This document shows positions 33,249-45,628 of a DNA stretch of 64,000 nt, piece by piece. Made by a program: the position numbers and the translations under genes. Position 1 is the stretch's first letter. The number at the start of each line of letters is the position of its first letter. Source of the DNA: an uncultured Phycisphaerales bacterium. Lineage in GTDB: Bacteria; Planctomycetota; Phycisphaerae; Tepidisphaerales; Tepidisphaeraceae. Location of the stretch: positions 1,120,001 through 1,184,000 of the forward strand of contig CAWJPJ010000006.1 of assembly GCA_963844715.1 (NCBI GenBank). Direction: 5' to 3'. The notes under the pieces are model-generated. The model saw only the letters and a program-made list of their open reading frames with translations. It was not told the DNA's origin and did not search any database.

Positions 33249-34292
33249 TTACTTACTGCGGGCCGAGCTAACTGAAACAGTTTTGCCTTGTGCCGCCGAT
33301 TCATACGCCGCCACCACCACCGCCAAATCCCGGCGGCCCATTTCGCCGTCCATCATCGGGTTCTTCCCGGCTCGGACCGCCTCGATGAACATTCTTTGCG
33401 GATTGATCGGACTGGCCGCGTCATCGAGCACGCGCGGCGGCATGTAGCACACCTTCTTCTTCCCCGGCGTGTCGTATTCAATCCAATCGCTCGAATACGC
33501 CCGATCCAGATTTAATTCGATTTCGTTCTCCCTCTCGAGCATTTTCACCCAGCCGGCGGTTCCGAAAATCTCCCGGCTCATTCCCTCCGATGCATATCCG
33601 CTGTCAAACGTCCCCAACACTCCGTCTCCAAACTTCGCGAGGCAAACCGTGACGTCGTCTCCGCCAATGTTTGGCGAAAACTGATTTGCGCTGAAGGCGC
33701 TGACCTCCGTGATCGGCGAATCCAGCCACCATTGCATCAGATTGATCGCATGGATTGAAAGTTGGATGAAGCTCCCGCCGCCGGTCTGATCCCGGCTGCT
33801 TCGCCAGGACGGCGCGGAGGGATGCCGCATCCCGCCGCGGTGCGAATCCCGGGCCCGGATGCTCTGGATTTTTCCGAGATATCCCTCTTCGACCAATCGC
33901 TTGATCTCCCAGACCATGGGGTTTGCGAAGCTGCTGAGATAAATCCCCAGCCGCCCCTTGCTCCCTGCCGCGGCGAGCAAAATGCGATCGGCGGCCTCTA
34001 ATGTATTGGCGATCGGCTTTTGCAGGAGGACATGCTTTCCAGCCACCAGCGCGGCGACCGCCTGCTCCTCGTGCAGATGGTTTGGGGTGGAGATGTCGAC
34101 CATGTCGATCCCCTCCGCGAGCGAATCCGCGAAATTCGCGGTGGTGTGCTTCGCCCCCTCGGCCCGGCAAAGCTCCAACTGCTCGGGATTCAGATCAATG
34201 GCCAGCGACCATTCCACATCCGGCAACGCCGCATAAACCTTGCGGTAATTCTTCGCCATCCCCCCGGCTCCAACCAACGCAACATGGAACAT
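33249..34292 (-). CDS. Gfo/Idh/MocA family oxidoreductase
   Basis: VALVGAGGMA; ISTPNHLH; GKHVLLQKP; GGGSFIQLSIHAIN. Confidence 0.93.
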   Translation of the reverse strand: MFHVALVGAGGMAKNYRKVYAALPDVEWSLAIDLNPEQLELCRAEGAKHTTANFADSLAEGIDMVDISTPNHLHEEQAVAALVAGKHVLLQKPIANTLEAADRILLAAAGSKGRLGIYLSSFANPMVWEIKRLVEEGYLGKIQSIRARDSHRGGMRHPSAPSWRSSRDQTGGGSFIQLSIHAINLMQWWLDSPITEVSAFSANQFSPNIGGDDVTVCLAKFGDGVLGTFDSGYASEGMSREIFGTAGWVKMLERENEIELNLDRAYSSDWIEYDTPGKKKVCYMPPRVLDDAASPINPQRMFIEAVRAGKNPMMDGEMGRRDLAVVVAAYESAAQGKTVSVSSARSK

Positions 34293-34324
34293 GCTGAACC
34301 TTCCGCTAGAATTCTCTTACCGCG

Positions 34325-36416
34325 ATGAATCTCCCAGACGGTCGCATCTTCCATCATATTCGCTCCGCTCTGGTTCGCTATCTGTCAATCCTTCTCATCG
34401 TCGCCAGTCTGAGTTCCACCGCGGAGGCCCAGACCACGCTCAAAGCGGTTTATGGATGGGGCACCGCTGCGCGCCTTGGCCGGTGGACGCCGCTGTTGGC
34501 CACCGTCCGGGTTCCCGACCCCGATCCCATCGAAGCCATCCTGCAAATCGAAGGCACCTACGGCACCGGGGCGGCTCTCTGCATCAGTCAGCCCATGGTC
34601 GTCGAATCCCGGCCTAGAACCTATCTCCTCCTTTTTCCTCTGAATGCCGACCCGACAAAACTCGCCGTCACCCTCCGGCGAGAATCCGACAATAGAATTC
34701 TCGCCACTAAGGTCCTGCTCGACCCGCAGGTGTTCACGCCCGCGGGGCACATCCCGCCGACGATTCTCGCCGCCAACGGACCATTGATCGGCATCGGCGG
34801 AAACGTCGCCGACGCGTTGCTGCTTCAATCGCAATTGTCGCAGACAGGACTAACCGCTGGAATTTTGAGTGAAATGAAACTTCCCGCCGCGTCCGTCGGA
34901 TACGAAAGTGCCGCCGCCCTTCTTCTGGCCGAGCCGGATTTCCAGGAGTTGGACGCCGATCAGCAGCGCGCCATCGTCGATTGGGTCGCCGCCGGCGGTA
35001 ATCTCGTGGTCATCCCTCCGGCCAATTCCCTGCCGCAGCAGCTTCCGCTGGACATCCTGCTTCCGTGCGACATCGGCGTAGACCAATCCGTCCCGCTTCC
35101 CCCGGGCGTCGCCCAGATCTCCCCCGCGGCCGGGGCCGGCGGCCAGAGCGGAATCGCAATCGAGCCGACAACTGAACCGACAACCGGGCCGGCAACTGTC
35201 CCCGTCGAAGTCAACGGCCGCCAGCTTCGCCCGTGTGACGGCGCGATCCCAATCGAATTGTTAAATGGCGGCCGTCCCTGGACCGCCTGGTCGCGGCGCT
35301 GGGGCCTGGGCCGCGTCGTGGTTCTTCCCGCCGACGTCTCGGCGCTCCAATTCGCCGACTCTGATCAAACGATCGCCTTCTGGCGGAAGATCTTCGCGGG
35401 AATGCTCGAGGTTCCGGGCCACAAAACGATCACCGAAAACCCGGTCAGCGATTCCGAGGAAGACATCATGCCCGTCGGCCCGAAAATGGCGGACGCCATC
35501 GGCCGCGGTCCCCGGGAAACGCTCGCTATCCGCCATCTTCTGGATTTCCTCGACGCCTCGACATTGCAGCCCGGCGCGAGCTGGAAAACTTTCTTCCTCT
35601 GGCTGGCCGGAATCGGAGCGCTTCTTGGCCCATTCGATTGGATCGTCTCCGTGCGCACTGGCGCATTCCCCTCGCCATTGGGCCACTATCCTGGGTTTTG
35701 TCGCGATGCTGACCGGCGCGACGGGTTACGGGGTCACGTCGCTCCAATCCCCTGAACTCGAAGTCTCCTCGATCCGCCTGATCGACCAGGCCGATGGCAA
35801 AACCGTCGCCACCACCGACCTGCTGGCGGTGCGCTCCACGCATGGCCAGACCCTCCCCGTCCAGCTTGACCCGGCCGAGTGGTGGGAGCCGGCCAATCAA
35901 TCGGCGGCCAATTTTTCCGCGAATCGATTTCTGGAATTTGATTGCCAGGAGGATCAATCCGGCTGCCGCCCCGTTCAACTCAAGCTTCGCGCCGGCGATC
36001 CGCAATCCCTCCGCGGCCAAACGATGTCCACCTCACCGCCTGTCTTCGACGTCTCGCTGAAACTCCAAGACGGGTCCGCCGTTGGGACCCTCACCAATCT
36101 TTCCAATAGCACCATCGAAAATATTCAAATTGCCGGGGCCGCCGGCGTCGGCGAAATCGACGGCTCCCTGCGCTCCGGCGCGACCATCGTCGTGAATTGT
36201 CCGCTGAAAGGGTCCGCGATCAACCTGGAAGGACTTTCCCCCGACGCTCTGGACATCACGCCCGATCGCACCGACCGCATCTCGGCTCTGATTGCCGATG
36301 GCTCGGTCCTATGCGTCTACGGCCAACTCCCCGAAGCCCCCGCCCCCCACACGATCGACGCTGCGGCAACTTACACGCACAGGGAAATCATCCGCGCGGT
36401 CGCCGCCCCCGACTGA
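34325..36416 (+). CDS. Secreted/membrane protein with glutamine-amidotransferase-like domain (frameshifted)
   Basis: Signal peptide; QQRAIVDWVAAGGNLVVI; GLGRVVV; TM pair LLGPFDWI.../WATILGFVAML. Confidence 0.7.
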
Positions 36417-36438
36417 TCCCCCGTTCGCAGAATCCTAT

Positions 36439-36482
36439 CCCCTCTCCCCGTGTAATCGCGGGGAGAGGGCCAGGGTGAGGGG
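36439..36482. repeat. CCCCTCTCCC/GGGAGAGGG REP-like palindrome
   Basis: cccctctccccgtgtaatcgcggggagagggccagggtgagggg; related copies at 58164 and 59191. Confidence 0.8.
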
Positions 36483-36557
36483 CGGTTTTCGACCGTAGAG
36501 CCGCGCCCCTCCCCGTCCCGCGGAAACTGGCCGAGGGCGAGGGAGAGGCGATGGCGC

Positions 36558-36603
36558 AAAAAAAAGGAGGCGGGCGGAGTCGTGGTGACTCCGCCCGCCT
36601 CCT
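36558..36603 (-). terminator. Intrinsic terminator of the tad operon
   Basis: 16-bp stem GGAGGCGGGCGGAGTC/GACTCCGCCCGCCTCC followed by 8 U on the minus strand. Confidence 0.9.
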
Positions 36604-36642
36604 GGAGTAGTCCAGGGCCTTCATCCCTCCGGAAGACCCCGT

Positions 36643-37142
36643 TTAGTGGCCTGAGGAGGAACCCGAGCCGCCGCCGACGTCAGAGGCGGTGTCGGTCTTG
36701 CCATAGTTCTGCGCCGAATCGCCGATGGTGTTGGTGTTATCCGGATTCGCGCCCAGCGTGATCAGGATTTGCGACGCCTTCAGGCCGCCCTTGTCCATCA
36801 GGTAATGGCTCACCGACGTCTGCCGGGCAGCGCCTGCGAGTCATTGGGAATGTCCAGATAAACGGCCATCGGATTCTTCGAGTGCGAATCCGCGAGCATC
36901 AGGTCCAGCTTCGCCTTGCCCAGCGAGCTGAGCGCGGCGGCGTCAAAGTGGTCCGCATACAGGGTGGCGTCGCTTTGAGCGCCCGCCTCCTTCTGCGTAT
37001 CCAGGAGCTGTCCCTGCTCCTGCTTTTCAACATCGGGGTTGAAGTTGATGGCATAATTCCGGCCGGTCTGCTGTTCGCAGGCCGTCACCAGCGCCAAGGC
37101 CGCCAGCAAATTCACCGCTCCGATGCGTTTGAGATTGAGCAT
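36643..37142 (-). CDS. Tad-associated lipoprotein (possible pilotin/CpaD-like; frameshifted)
   Basis: MLNLKRIGAVNLLAALALVTAC lipobox; last gene of the tad operon; alternate frame ends GGGSGSSSGH*. Confidence 0.6.
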
Positions 37143-37218
37143 AAGGTTCTCCAAAATCTTCCATCGACCGTTTACACGCCGTATTTGAGCTTTACAGGCA
37201 TTTTCGACCATTTCCGAG

Positions 37219-38126
37219 TTATTTCATCAGCGGGCTGTTCATCAGTTCGATAACTGTCGGACCCAGCAAAACGATAAACGTCGCGGGGAAGATGAACAGC
37301 ACCAGCGGGAAGCTGAGCTTGACCGCGCTCTTCGCCGCCATCTCCTCGGCCCGGTGGTGCCGCGCCAATCGCAGCGATTCGGCGTGAATTCGCAGCGCCT
37401 GCGCGATACTGGTTCCGAATCGATCCGCCTGGTTCAACATCGCCGACAGCGAAATCAGCGAGGCATTGCCGGTTCGCAAACCGAGGTTCTTGAGCGCCTC
37501 CTGCCGCGCAGGCCCACGCGCGTTTCCATGTGGGCGATGCCGAATTCGCGGCTGATCGCCGGGTGCACCAGGGCCAATTCCTCGCCGACCCTCTGCATCG
37601 CGGCGTCCATCGTCAGACCGGCTTCGACGCAGACGACCATGAGGTCCATCGCGTCGGCCAGGCCCAGCTCGAGCGCCTGCTGGTTTCCCTTGACCTTGAA
37701 TCGCAACCACATCGTCGGCGACAGATATCCGATCAGGCCCATCACCGAGACGAACGCCATCATGTTCCCCATGAACAGGCTGGCGACGTAACCCAGGATC
37801 ACGCCGCTGGAAATTCCGATGAACTTCAGACCCTGGATGGTACGCAGGGCGGAAGTCGAATAGATGCCCGCCTTGCGCAGTTCGCTCTGAAGCTTGGACG
37901 CTTTCTCGCGCGTGCTGGGCATGAACGGCTTGGACGCCGCCTGCCCGAGCTGCTGCAAGAGCGGGGTCACCGAGGTCTTCTTCTCGATCGACGTCTTGCC
38001 CCTGCCCTGAAGACGAGAACGCAGTTTTCCCTGGTCCTCGTCGCCCAGCAGCAGCGTCGAAATCCAATACGTCAGCGCCGCTATCGAGGCGAACGCGCTG
38101 GTCAGTAGTATGACTGTCTGGTTCAT
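37219..38126 (-). CDS. tadC: Tad pilus platform protein TadC (T2SS-F family; frameshifted)
   Basis: [72 protein letters not shown]. Confidence 0.93.
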
Positions 38127-38147
38127 GGCTAATTCCTTACGACAAAA

Positions 38148-39114
38148 TCACACCTTTAGCGTGGTGATTTTCTGAATCGCCACGGTTCCAATCACGAGCA
38201 TCGATCCGGCAACCACCAGCAGCCAGATGCCCGTCGTCGTATGCAGAAGCATCTGGGCGTAATGCGGGTTGAGGAAATAGACAATAAAGAACATCACGAT
38301 CGGGAAGCAGACCAGGATGTACCCGGTGAAACGTCCCTCTGCGGTCTTCGCCTTGACGTGCTGTTGCAGCCGGATTCGGGCGCGGATCATGCCGCTGATA
38401 TTGTTGAGCACTTCCGACAGATCGCCGCCGGTTTGCCGCTGAATCAGGACCGCCGTGACGAAGAATCCGAAGTCCGGGTTGTCCACGCGAATGGCCGCGT
38501 CCTTCAGCGCCTCTTCCAGCGACTGGCCCAGACTGTGCTGGTCGTAGCAACGGCGGAATTCGTTCGACAACGGCTGGGGCAATTCCTCGGCCATCATCTG
38601 CAAGCCCGTGCTCAAGCTGTGCCCGGCACGCAAAATTCGTGAAAGAAAGTCCAAGGCCTCGGGAAGCTGGTCCATCATCAGCCGATCCAGCCGATTTCGC
38701 CGATTCGCCAGGTACAGGAACGGCGCAGGCCAATGCAGCGGCCGCGCAAAATCCGATAAACGGCTCGCCGGACACCACGGTTCCAACCACCCCGCCGAAT
38801 ACCGCCATCGCGACAACGATGAAGATGAATTTGGCAAGATTCATCGAAGGCCAGGTCTGTTGAACCTTCCGGGCCACGCCGTACATCAGCGGCAGTTTGG
38901 CGAGCACGCCGGAAAACCCCTGGATCTCGGTCTGGCGGCGAACCACGGTGAGCGTCGCGGGATCGAACCCGTCGCTCTTCCCTTCGCCGCTCAAACGCTG
39001 TTCCAGACGACGTTTTCCTTCGCTCAGGCCGCCGACCAATTGAACGATCCCGAATAACAGCATCGAGACCGTTACGGCAGCAAGTATGGGCAGCATGAAC
39101 TGTTGCATAACCAT
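38148..39114 (-). CDS. tadB: Tad pilus platform protein TadB (frameshifted)
   Basis: QLPEALDFLSRILRAGHS; FFVTAVLIQRQTGGDLSEVLNNI; KAKTAEGR. Confidence 0.93.
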
Positions 39115-39153
39115 CCGCGGTCTTAGTCCCGCGTCCTCTAAAACACACCCGTC

Positions 39154-40605
39154 CTAATGAATCTCGATTTTTCTCCGCGCAAAAAGTTCGGTGGGCAGCG
39201 AGATGCCGCGCGACTCGATGCGTTCGGCGACGCGCGGCCTGATCCCGGTCACGAGAAAATGTCCGACCGCGTGACCGTCAACGTCCACGCCGGTCTGCTC
39301 GTACACGAACAGATCGTGCGTCTGTAGATTGTCCCCTTCCATTCCGGTTATTTCGCTGACGCGCGTGACGCGGCGTTTTCCGCCCGGGAGTCGCGCCGCC
39401 TGCACGATCAATTGGATCGCGCTGGCCGCCTGGTTTCTCAAGGCGCGCAGCGGGATGTCGTACCCCGCCATCGCGATCATCACTTCCAGACGCGCGATCG
39501 CGTCGCGCGTGGTATTGGCGTGAATCGTCGTCATCGATCCTTCGTGACCCGTGTTCATCGCCTGGAGCATGTCCAGCGCCTCGGCGGATCGCACTTCGCC
39601 GATGATGATCCGATCCGGACGCATACGCAGACAGTTCTTCACGAGGTCGCGCTGCGTCACTTCGCCGCGACCTTCGATGTTCGGCGGACGCGTTTCCAAT
39701 CGAACCACGTGCGGCTGCTGAAGCTGAAGTTCCGCGGCGTCCTCGATCGTCACGACGCGCTCGCCGGATGGAATGTAACGCGACAGGCAGTTCAGCAATG
39801 TCGTTTTGCCCGAACCGGTGCCGCCGCTGATCAAAATATTGCAACGCGCCTGCACCGCCGAGGAGAGAAAATCCATGACCGCCGGCGGAAACGCGCCGTG
39901 CCGGATCAGGTCTTCCAGTTGCAGCGGCTTGGCGCCGAATCGGCGAATGCTCATCGCCGGTCCATCCAGCGCCAGCGGGGGGATGATCGCGTTCACGCGG
40001 CTTCCGTCCGCGAGGCGGGCGTCCACCATCGGGCTGGTTTCGTCCACACGCCGTCCGACCAGGGCGACGATGCGGTCGATGATCTGCCGCAAATGCTGAT
40101 TGTCCCGGAACCGGACCTCCACGCGCTCGAGCCGACCCTGGCGTTCCACGTAAACCTTGTCGAATCGGTTGACCAGAATATCCGTGATGGTCGGATCCTT
40201 AAGGAGGATTTCCAGCGGTCCAAGTCCGAAGGTCTCATCCATGACCTCGTCCATCAGCCGTTCCTGCTCCTGGCTGGTCAGCAGGCTGCGCTCGTTTTGG
40301 CACAAATCCTTGATGACCACGCGAACCTCGGCGCGAACCGTGTCCGGGGGCAGCGTCCGCAGATTTTGTACGTCCAAACGCTCCACCAGTTGCTGGTGGA
40401 TGCGAACCTTCAACTGATCAAAGTGCTGGGTTCGCTCGGTGACGATCGGCGCGATATTCACCGGGCGCGGAGGCGGCGCATGCAGCGGGGCAACGACCGC
40501 GGGCCGCGGCACGTCCGCGGCTTTGGGGTTCGCTTGCAGACCCACTGCGTCCGCCGGCCCTGCCGGTGGAGCGTGCTGCTGGCTGCCTCGTGTAAACAAT
40601 CCCAT
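39154..40605 (-). CDS. cpaF: Tad pilus assembly ATPase CpaF/TadA
   Basis: [61 protein letters not shown]. Confidence 0.97.
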   Translation of the reverse strand: MGLFTRGSQQHAPPAGPADAVGLQANPKAADVPRPAVVAPLHAPPPRPVNIAPIVTERTQHFDQLKVRIHQQLVERLDVQNLRTLPPDTVRAEVRVVIKDLCQNERSLLTSQEQERLMDEVMDETFGLGPLEILLKDPTITDILVNRFDKVYVERQGRLERVEVRFRDNQHLRQIIDRIVALVGRRVDETSPMVDARLADGSRVNAIIPPLALDGPAMSIRRFGAKPLQLEDLIRHGAFPPAVMDFLSSAVQARCNILISGGTGSGKTTLLNCLSRYIPSGERVVTIEDAAELQLQQPHVVRLETRPPNIEGRGEVTQRDLVKNCLRMRPDRIIIGEVRSAEALDMLQAMNTGHEGSMTTIHANTTRDAIARLEVMIAMAGYDIPLRALRNQAASAIQLIVQAARLPGGKRRVTRVSEITGMEGDNLQTHDLFVYEQTGVDVDGHAVGHFLVTGIRPRVAERIESRGISLPTELFARRKIEIH

Positions 40606-40645
40606 ATCGCCAACTCACAATGCAAAAGCTTCCACGCGCCGGCAT

Positions 40646-41806
40646 TTACGCCGCCACGATTGATCCTCCGGATCCGGACGCCGTAGCCGCCGGCTTGTTC
40701 GTCAGTTTCGCCGCCAGCTCCATGAGGCTCTCGCTGATTTCCGTCTTCGGCGACCGCAAAACCACCGGCTCGCCGAAATTGATGGCTCCAATCGCCGTCT
40801 TGAAATCGTTGGGAACCTGCCAGAAGACCTTCAGACCCAGCAAGCGTTCCAATTCGTCCGGCTCAATGTCGTTCCCCTTCTTCACGAACCGGTTCACGAC
40901 CGTCCGGATCTTCACCGATTCCACGCCCATTCGACGCAGCGCACCGACGAACCGCTCGGCGTTTTTCGCGCTGGGCACGTTCAGTTGCATGGTCAGCACG
41001 TGAAGGTCCGACTGCTGGATGATCGCCGCATACATCGGCGAAATACTCATGATCGAGTCGATGACCACGTAATCGAATACGCGGCTCAGCACGTTCAGCA
41101 GGCGGAGCAACCCCGCCTGGTTCACGCGCTGCGTGTCTTCGGGCAATTCGGGCCTGGCCAGAATCGCCAGGTTGCTCTTCTTGTGGATCACCAGGGCGTT
41201 GTCCAAAAGCTGTTTGTCGAGCTTCTCGCCCGCGTCCATCACGTCGGCGATCGTGTAGCGCGCCCGCGTGTCGAAATAGCTCGCCACGCCGCCGCGCATC
41301 AGATCCAGATCGATCAGCACGGTCTTCCCGCTCTGGGCCAGCGATGCGGCGACGTTGCAGGCGATCGTCGTCGATCCGCAACCGCCCACCGTGGGGACCA
41401 CCTGGATGATCCGAGCCCGTTTTCCCATGCCGTGCATTTGCGCGACGCGCTCGACGGCGGAGGAAAACTTCTGCTCGCTGATCGGAAGCGGAATGAATTC
41501 CCGAATGCCAAGGTGCATCGCCTCCATGAGGAGGTTCGGATCCACCGTCTGGCTCATCAGGAAAAAGCTGACGCCCGGGAACTGCCGCGGAAAGCCCGAA
41601 ATCTTTCGGAGCGTTTCCTGCGGCATGGGGTCGAGATTGACGATCGCCAGGGTCGGCGCCTCCGGCCGACCCAGCAATTCGCTCAGGTGATCCACGGTGT
41701 TCAGTTGAGCCACCGGTTGAGCGCCGAAGTGCGTGAGGAACGCGGCCAATTCTTCCCGATTGGCCTGGTCGGCATCAACGATGACACAAGTCAGCTGAAC
41801 ATACAT
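40646..41806 (-). CDS. cpaE: CpaE/TadZ pilus localisation protein (receiver-like plus ParA/MinD domain)
   Basis: N-terminal receiver-like fold; GGCGSTTIACNVA; VLIDLDL; FDYVVID; AINFGEP. Confidence 0.9.
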   Translation of the reverse strand: MYVQLTCVIVDADQANREELAAFLTHFGAQPVAQLNTVDHLSELLGRPEAPTLAIVNLDPMPQETLRKISGFPRQFPGVSFFLMSQTVDPNLLMEAMHLGIREFIPLPISEQKFSSAVERVAQMHGMGKRARIIQVVPTVGGCGSTTIACNVAASLAQSGKTVLIDLDLMRGGVASYFDTRARYTIADVMDAGEKLDKQLLDNALVIHKKSNLAILARPELPEDTQRVNQAGLLRLLNVLSRVFDYVVIDSIMSISPMYAAIIQQSDLHVLTMQLNVPSAKNAERFVGALRRMGVESVKIRTVVNRFVKKGNDIEPDELERLLGLKVFWQVPNDFKTAIGAINFGEPVVLRSPKTEISESLMELAAKLTNKPAATASGSGGSIVAA

Positions 41807-41861
41807 GGCGATGACTCTTCCTTAAGACAGACACTGGATCCACCCGTGCCACCTTCTTCTC

Positions 41862-43761
41862 TTATTTCAGAGAATCCGAGGCTCCGGCCGTCTGCTGCGG
41901 ATTGCTGTTGGCCGGACTGAATCCATATTGACCCTGGAACAGCGGCGGAGGCGCACTGGGATCGGCGGTCGGTTGCGCCTTCTTCGCCGGCGCCGGGGCG
42001 GAAGCCGTCGGCGTCGTCGGAGTACTCGGAGTTGCCGGGGCAATGACCAGTGGCGTTTCGACCGCCGGCTTCGCAGGCGTCGGAGCCGCAGCCGCTGGGG
42101 CCGCGGGTATCGGGGCCGCAGCTATCGGGGCCGGGGTCGCCGCCTTCACGGGCGCTGGCGCGCTTGGCGGGCACTACCGCCTGCACGGGCGTTGCCGGCG
42201 CTTCTGGAGCCGCAGCTATAGGAGCCACCGGTCGGATCGGTGCCAAAGCCGCCGCGGGCGTTGGCGGAATCTGCCGCACCTGGGCCGGCTCGACTTCCGC
42301 CGCCATCGGCGCCACGGGGGCACCCGGAGGCGCGGCGCTCAGGTCTTCGCCGCCAAGGTCCTTGAACAGGTACAATTCATACGGTTTCGGATCACGCCAC
42401 TTCTCGCCCGGAACGGTGGTCACATCGCCCGGATCCATCGGGTGAACCAGAACCGGCGTCACCAGGATCACGACTTCCGTTTCGTTGCGCTGATATTGCA
42501 CCGAGCGGAAGAGCGGCCCAATGATCGGCAGATCGCCCAATATGGGGAACTGCGAATTCGCCGCAGAGATGTTGTCCTGAAGGAGCCCGGCCAGTGCCAG
42601 CGTCTGCCCTTCGCCCATCTCGACCGTTGTTTCAACTTCACGCTGGGTCAGGCCGGGAACCGTGGTCCCGTTCACGCTGATCGAATGCGCAAAGTCCAGT
42701 TCGCTCACGTTCGGCTCGACCTTCAGGCGGATATGCCCGTTGCCCAGCACGATGGGCACGAACTTCAGGTCCACGCCGTAAGGCTGGAACTGAATCGTGA
42801 TCGTCGAGCCGCCGTTGCCCGGTTGGGGCACCGGATACGGGAATTGGCCGCCGGCAAGAAAGTGAGCTTCCTGACCGCTGGTCGTCACCAGGTTCGGTTC
42901 GGCAAGCAGCCTCAGCACGTTGTTTGTTTCAAGAGCATTGACGAAGTACGCGAACGCGACACTTCCGAACTGGCCGGTTCCGAACGTCTCCGCCGACGAA
43001 AGCGCGCCGGTGGGAATCGCCAGCAGGTTCGGCGTGCCCGCTCCACCCGGGGTGATGCCCAGGGGATTGGCGCCGAGGTTTGAACCCCAGATCGAGATGC
43101 CGTCTTGCCCGCCGAAGTTGAAACCAAGCTCCTGTTCGGCTTGTTTGCTGACCTCGGCGATCTTCACTTGAAGCATGATCTGCTCGCCGCCAGCAACTTC
43201 CAGAAGGTTTAGCACCTTGCCGTAGTTCGAGGCGACTTCGCCAGCCTCTTCGGCGTCTTTGAACGATGTCACGCGCCCGCGGAGGGTCAGAGCCCCGCCG
43301 GTCTCATCGACGGTGATGTCCGCGTTGGGGAACATCTCCTTGAGATGTTTGCGAAGCATCTCGATGTCCGAGGCCACGACGACGTTGATAATCGAGGTAT
43401 GGTCCGCGTCGTCCCAGATGATGAGCTGGGTCTGGCCCGCCTTCTTGCCGGTCACCAGCAGGTCGTTCGGACCCAGCGGAACGACGTCCGCGATATCCGG
43501 AATGAGGATGTTCGCTCGCTTGATCCTCTGGCTGATCGAAACCTTCTGCGCGTTGCCGGGCTGAAGAACGATCTTTTCAAAGCCGTCGGGCGTCGTCACG
43601 GCGCCGGCGTCCTGATCGGGGACGCTGGCCGCCTGATCGTCGGCGGTCGCCAACGTCCGCAGCGCCAGCAACGCCGTCAGCGCCGCCGTCACATAACCAA
43701 TTCGACGCCCCAATTTCACACACCGCTTTGTTTCAACGCTCGTCTCGGATGTAAATCGCAT
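41862..43761 (-). CDS. cpaC: Tad secretin CpaC/RcpA with Pro/Ala-rich tail (frameshift in the tail)
   Basis: GKKAGQTQLIIWD; QIMLQVKIAEVS; LAEPNLVTTSGQEAHFLAGGQFP; PILGDLPIIGPLFRS; ETEVVILVTP. Confidence 0.95.
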
Positions 43762-43823
43762 GATCGGACCCTTTGGGGTTAATGGACCTTCCTGTCCCTC
43801 CTGACCAGAATCATTCCCTTGCG

Positions 43824-44774
43824 TCAGTTTCCGCCCGACCCGGAGATCGGAGCGGAGTCCTGCCCGGCGGATTTATTGTGGATGGCAAATCGGACTTGCT
43901 GTTCATTGTTTCCGCGGACCACTTGCATGATCCACGAATCCTGCCCGCCCGAACCCTGACCGGACCCACCCATCGCTGAACTGGCCAGCGAGGTCAGGCT
44001 CGGCTGAGTCGACGGGGCCGCCGCGGCGGCAACGCCAGGATCAACCGTGTTGTAGCTGTCTCGCTGACCGCTTTGATGCCCGCGCAGATCGGCGAGCGTC
44101 ATGTCCGGCGTGTCAACCAGCGAAAGGTCGTTGCCGCTACGCAGAGAGAGCCGCGGCCGGCCCGTCGCGCTGGCAAGTTCAAGCATCTCCGCCTGCACGG
44201 GAGTCACCAGGACGGTCACGCTGTGACCGCCGCCGTCGCTTCCGTCGCCCGGATTGTGCCGCATTCCCACCGCCGTGACCAAAACGTTCTGGGCGATGGT
44301 CCGCGCGATGCTCCCGCCGGTCGCGTCGTCACGCAAAGTCTGAATGATGTCGACGTGGCATCCCGGCAGAACGTTGCCGGCCACGCCGCTGATCTCGTTG
44401 ATCTCCAGCGTGATGGCTCGCATGCCCATGGGGACCACGGCCTGAAGGCCCGCGCCAACGCCCTTGGGCGCCAGCAGGGTCTTGGTGATGACCTGGCCCT
44501 GCACGATCAGCACGCTGGCCACGCGGCCCAGGAGTTCGCCCGGATCAGAGAAGACCGTGTCCGGAACAATTTCCGTCGACAGTTCTCCCTTGGTCAGGTT
44601 GTCCTCCGTCAACACCGCTCCAGCGTCGATGTTGTCCTTCGCCATGACCACCTGCGGCCGCTTAGGCTGCGCGCTGGCGGACTGCTGGTTATTGATAAAG
44701 CGCATGGTCATGTATAACGTGACCAGGCCCAACCCCAACGCCAAGATGAGCGGACCAAACTTTTTAACGTTCAT
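43824..44774 (-). CDS. cpaB: Flp pilus assembly protein CpaB/RcpC
   Basis: SAF-like domain; PMGMRAITL...GVAGNVLPGCHVDI; QNVLVTAVG; VTVLVTPVQAEML. Confidence 0.93.
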   Translation of the reverse strand: MNVKKFGPLILALGLGLVTLYMTMRFINNQQSASAQPKRPQVVMAKDNIDAGAVLTEDNLTKGELSTEIVPDTVFSDPGELLGRVASVLIVQGQVITKTLLAPKGVGAGLQAVVPMGMRAITLEINEISGVAGNVLPGCHVDIIQTLRDDATGGSIARTIAQNVLVTAVGMRHNPGDGSDGGGHSVTVLVTPVQAEMLELASATGRPRLSLRSGNDLSLVDTPDMTLADLRGHQSGQRDSYNTVDPGVAAAAAPSTQPSLTSLASSAMGGSGQGSGGQDSWIMQVVRGNNEQQVRFAIHNKSAGQDSAPISGSGGN

Positions 44775-44990
44775 AAGATATCTCCCAAGGACATTCGCCT
44801 TCGAAGTTGTTGTCGGAAAGATCGGATTTGTGGTTTAGGACGTTCGCGGTAACTTTTATGTTTTGTCACGCCCGGTATTATCTGACGCCCCCAACACGCG
44901 CGGATTGTCCCCGGCTGGCCCATCCATCCTGATCCGCACTCTTTTATTGGCTCCCACTCCCGGACACGAAAACTGCCGGCATACTGACGA

Positions 44991-45586
44991 TTATTGGGCT
45001 TCCTTGCGCATCACGCATGAAGTCGTGAGCAGGTGCCCGTTTTGTGCCAAGGGCCCATTCAATAGATTAAGCGCCGACTCATGGAAGGGTCCGCCCTCGA
45101 TGCTCCAGTTACAGGAGATGGTCACCATCAAGCCATCGCCCACCGTCATCGTATTCATAGCCGCAGTAGTCATCGCCGTGTGCGTGGCATAAGTGCTGCC
45201 CGAGCAATCGAAAAACGTCACCGTGAAATTCCCGACCGTGAACGGCGACGTGGTCGTGTAGCTCGTTCCGGTCGGAACCAACTGAGCGGCGATCAGTTCG
45301 TTGGCAACGACCCCCATCACGCTGGCGTAGCTCCCCTGCGGGCCGTTCACTCCGCTGCCGGTTCCGGCCTGATACGCCAGAATTCCGTTTCGGCATCCAT
45401 CCCGCGCGGCGTCGGTCATGACGCTTTTCACGTAAAAGTATTGCCCGCCCTCGATCGCTCCGTAAAGAATCATGCAAAGCAATAGACCGCAGACGGCGAG
45501 TTCCAGAACCGCCCCGCCGCGCCGACGGCGCAGGGACCCGCGCCGAACTAATCGATCCGTCCGCAACAAAACTGCTCCTGATTTCA
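44991..45586 (-). CDS. TadE-like pseudopilin
   Basis: RRRRGGAVLELAV...AARDGCR. Confidence 0.85.
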
Positions 45587-45628
45587 TGGTCATCTCGCAG
45601 CTAATGAGCCAAATAAGACCGCGCCAAT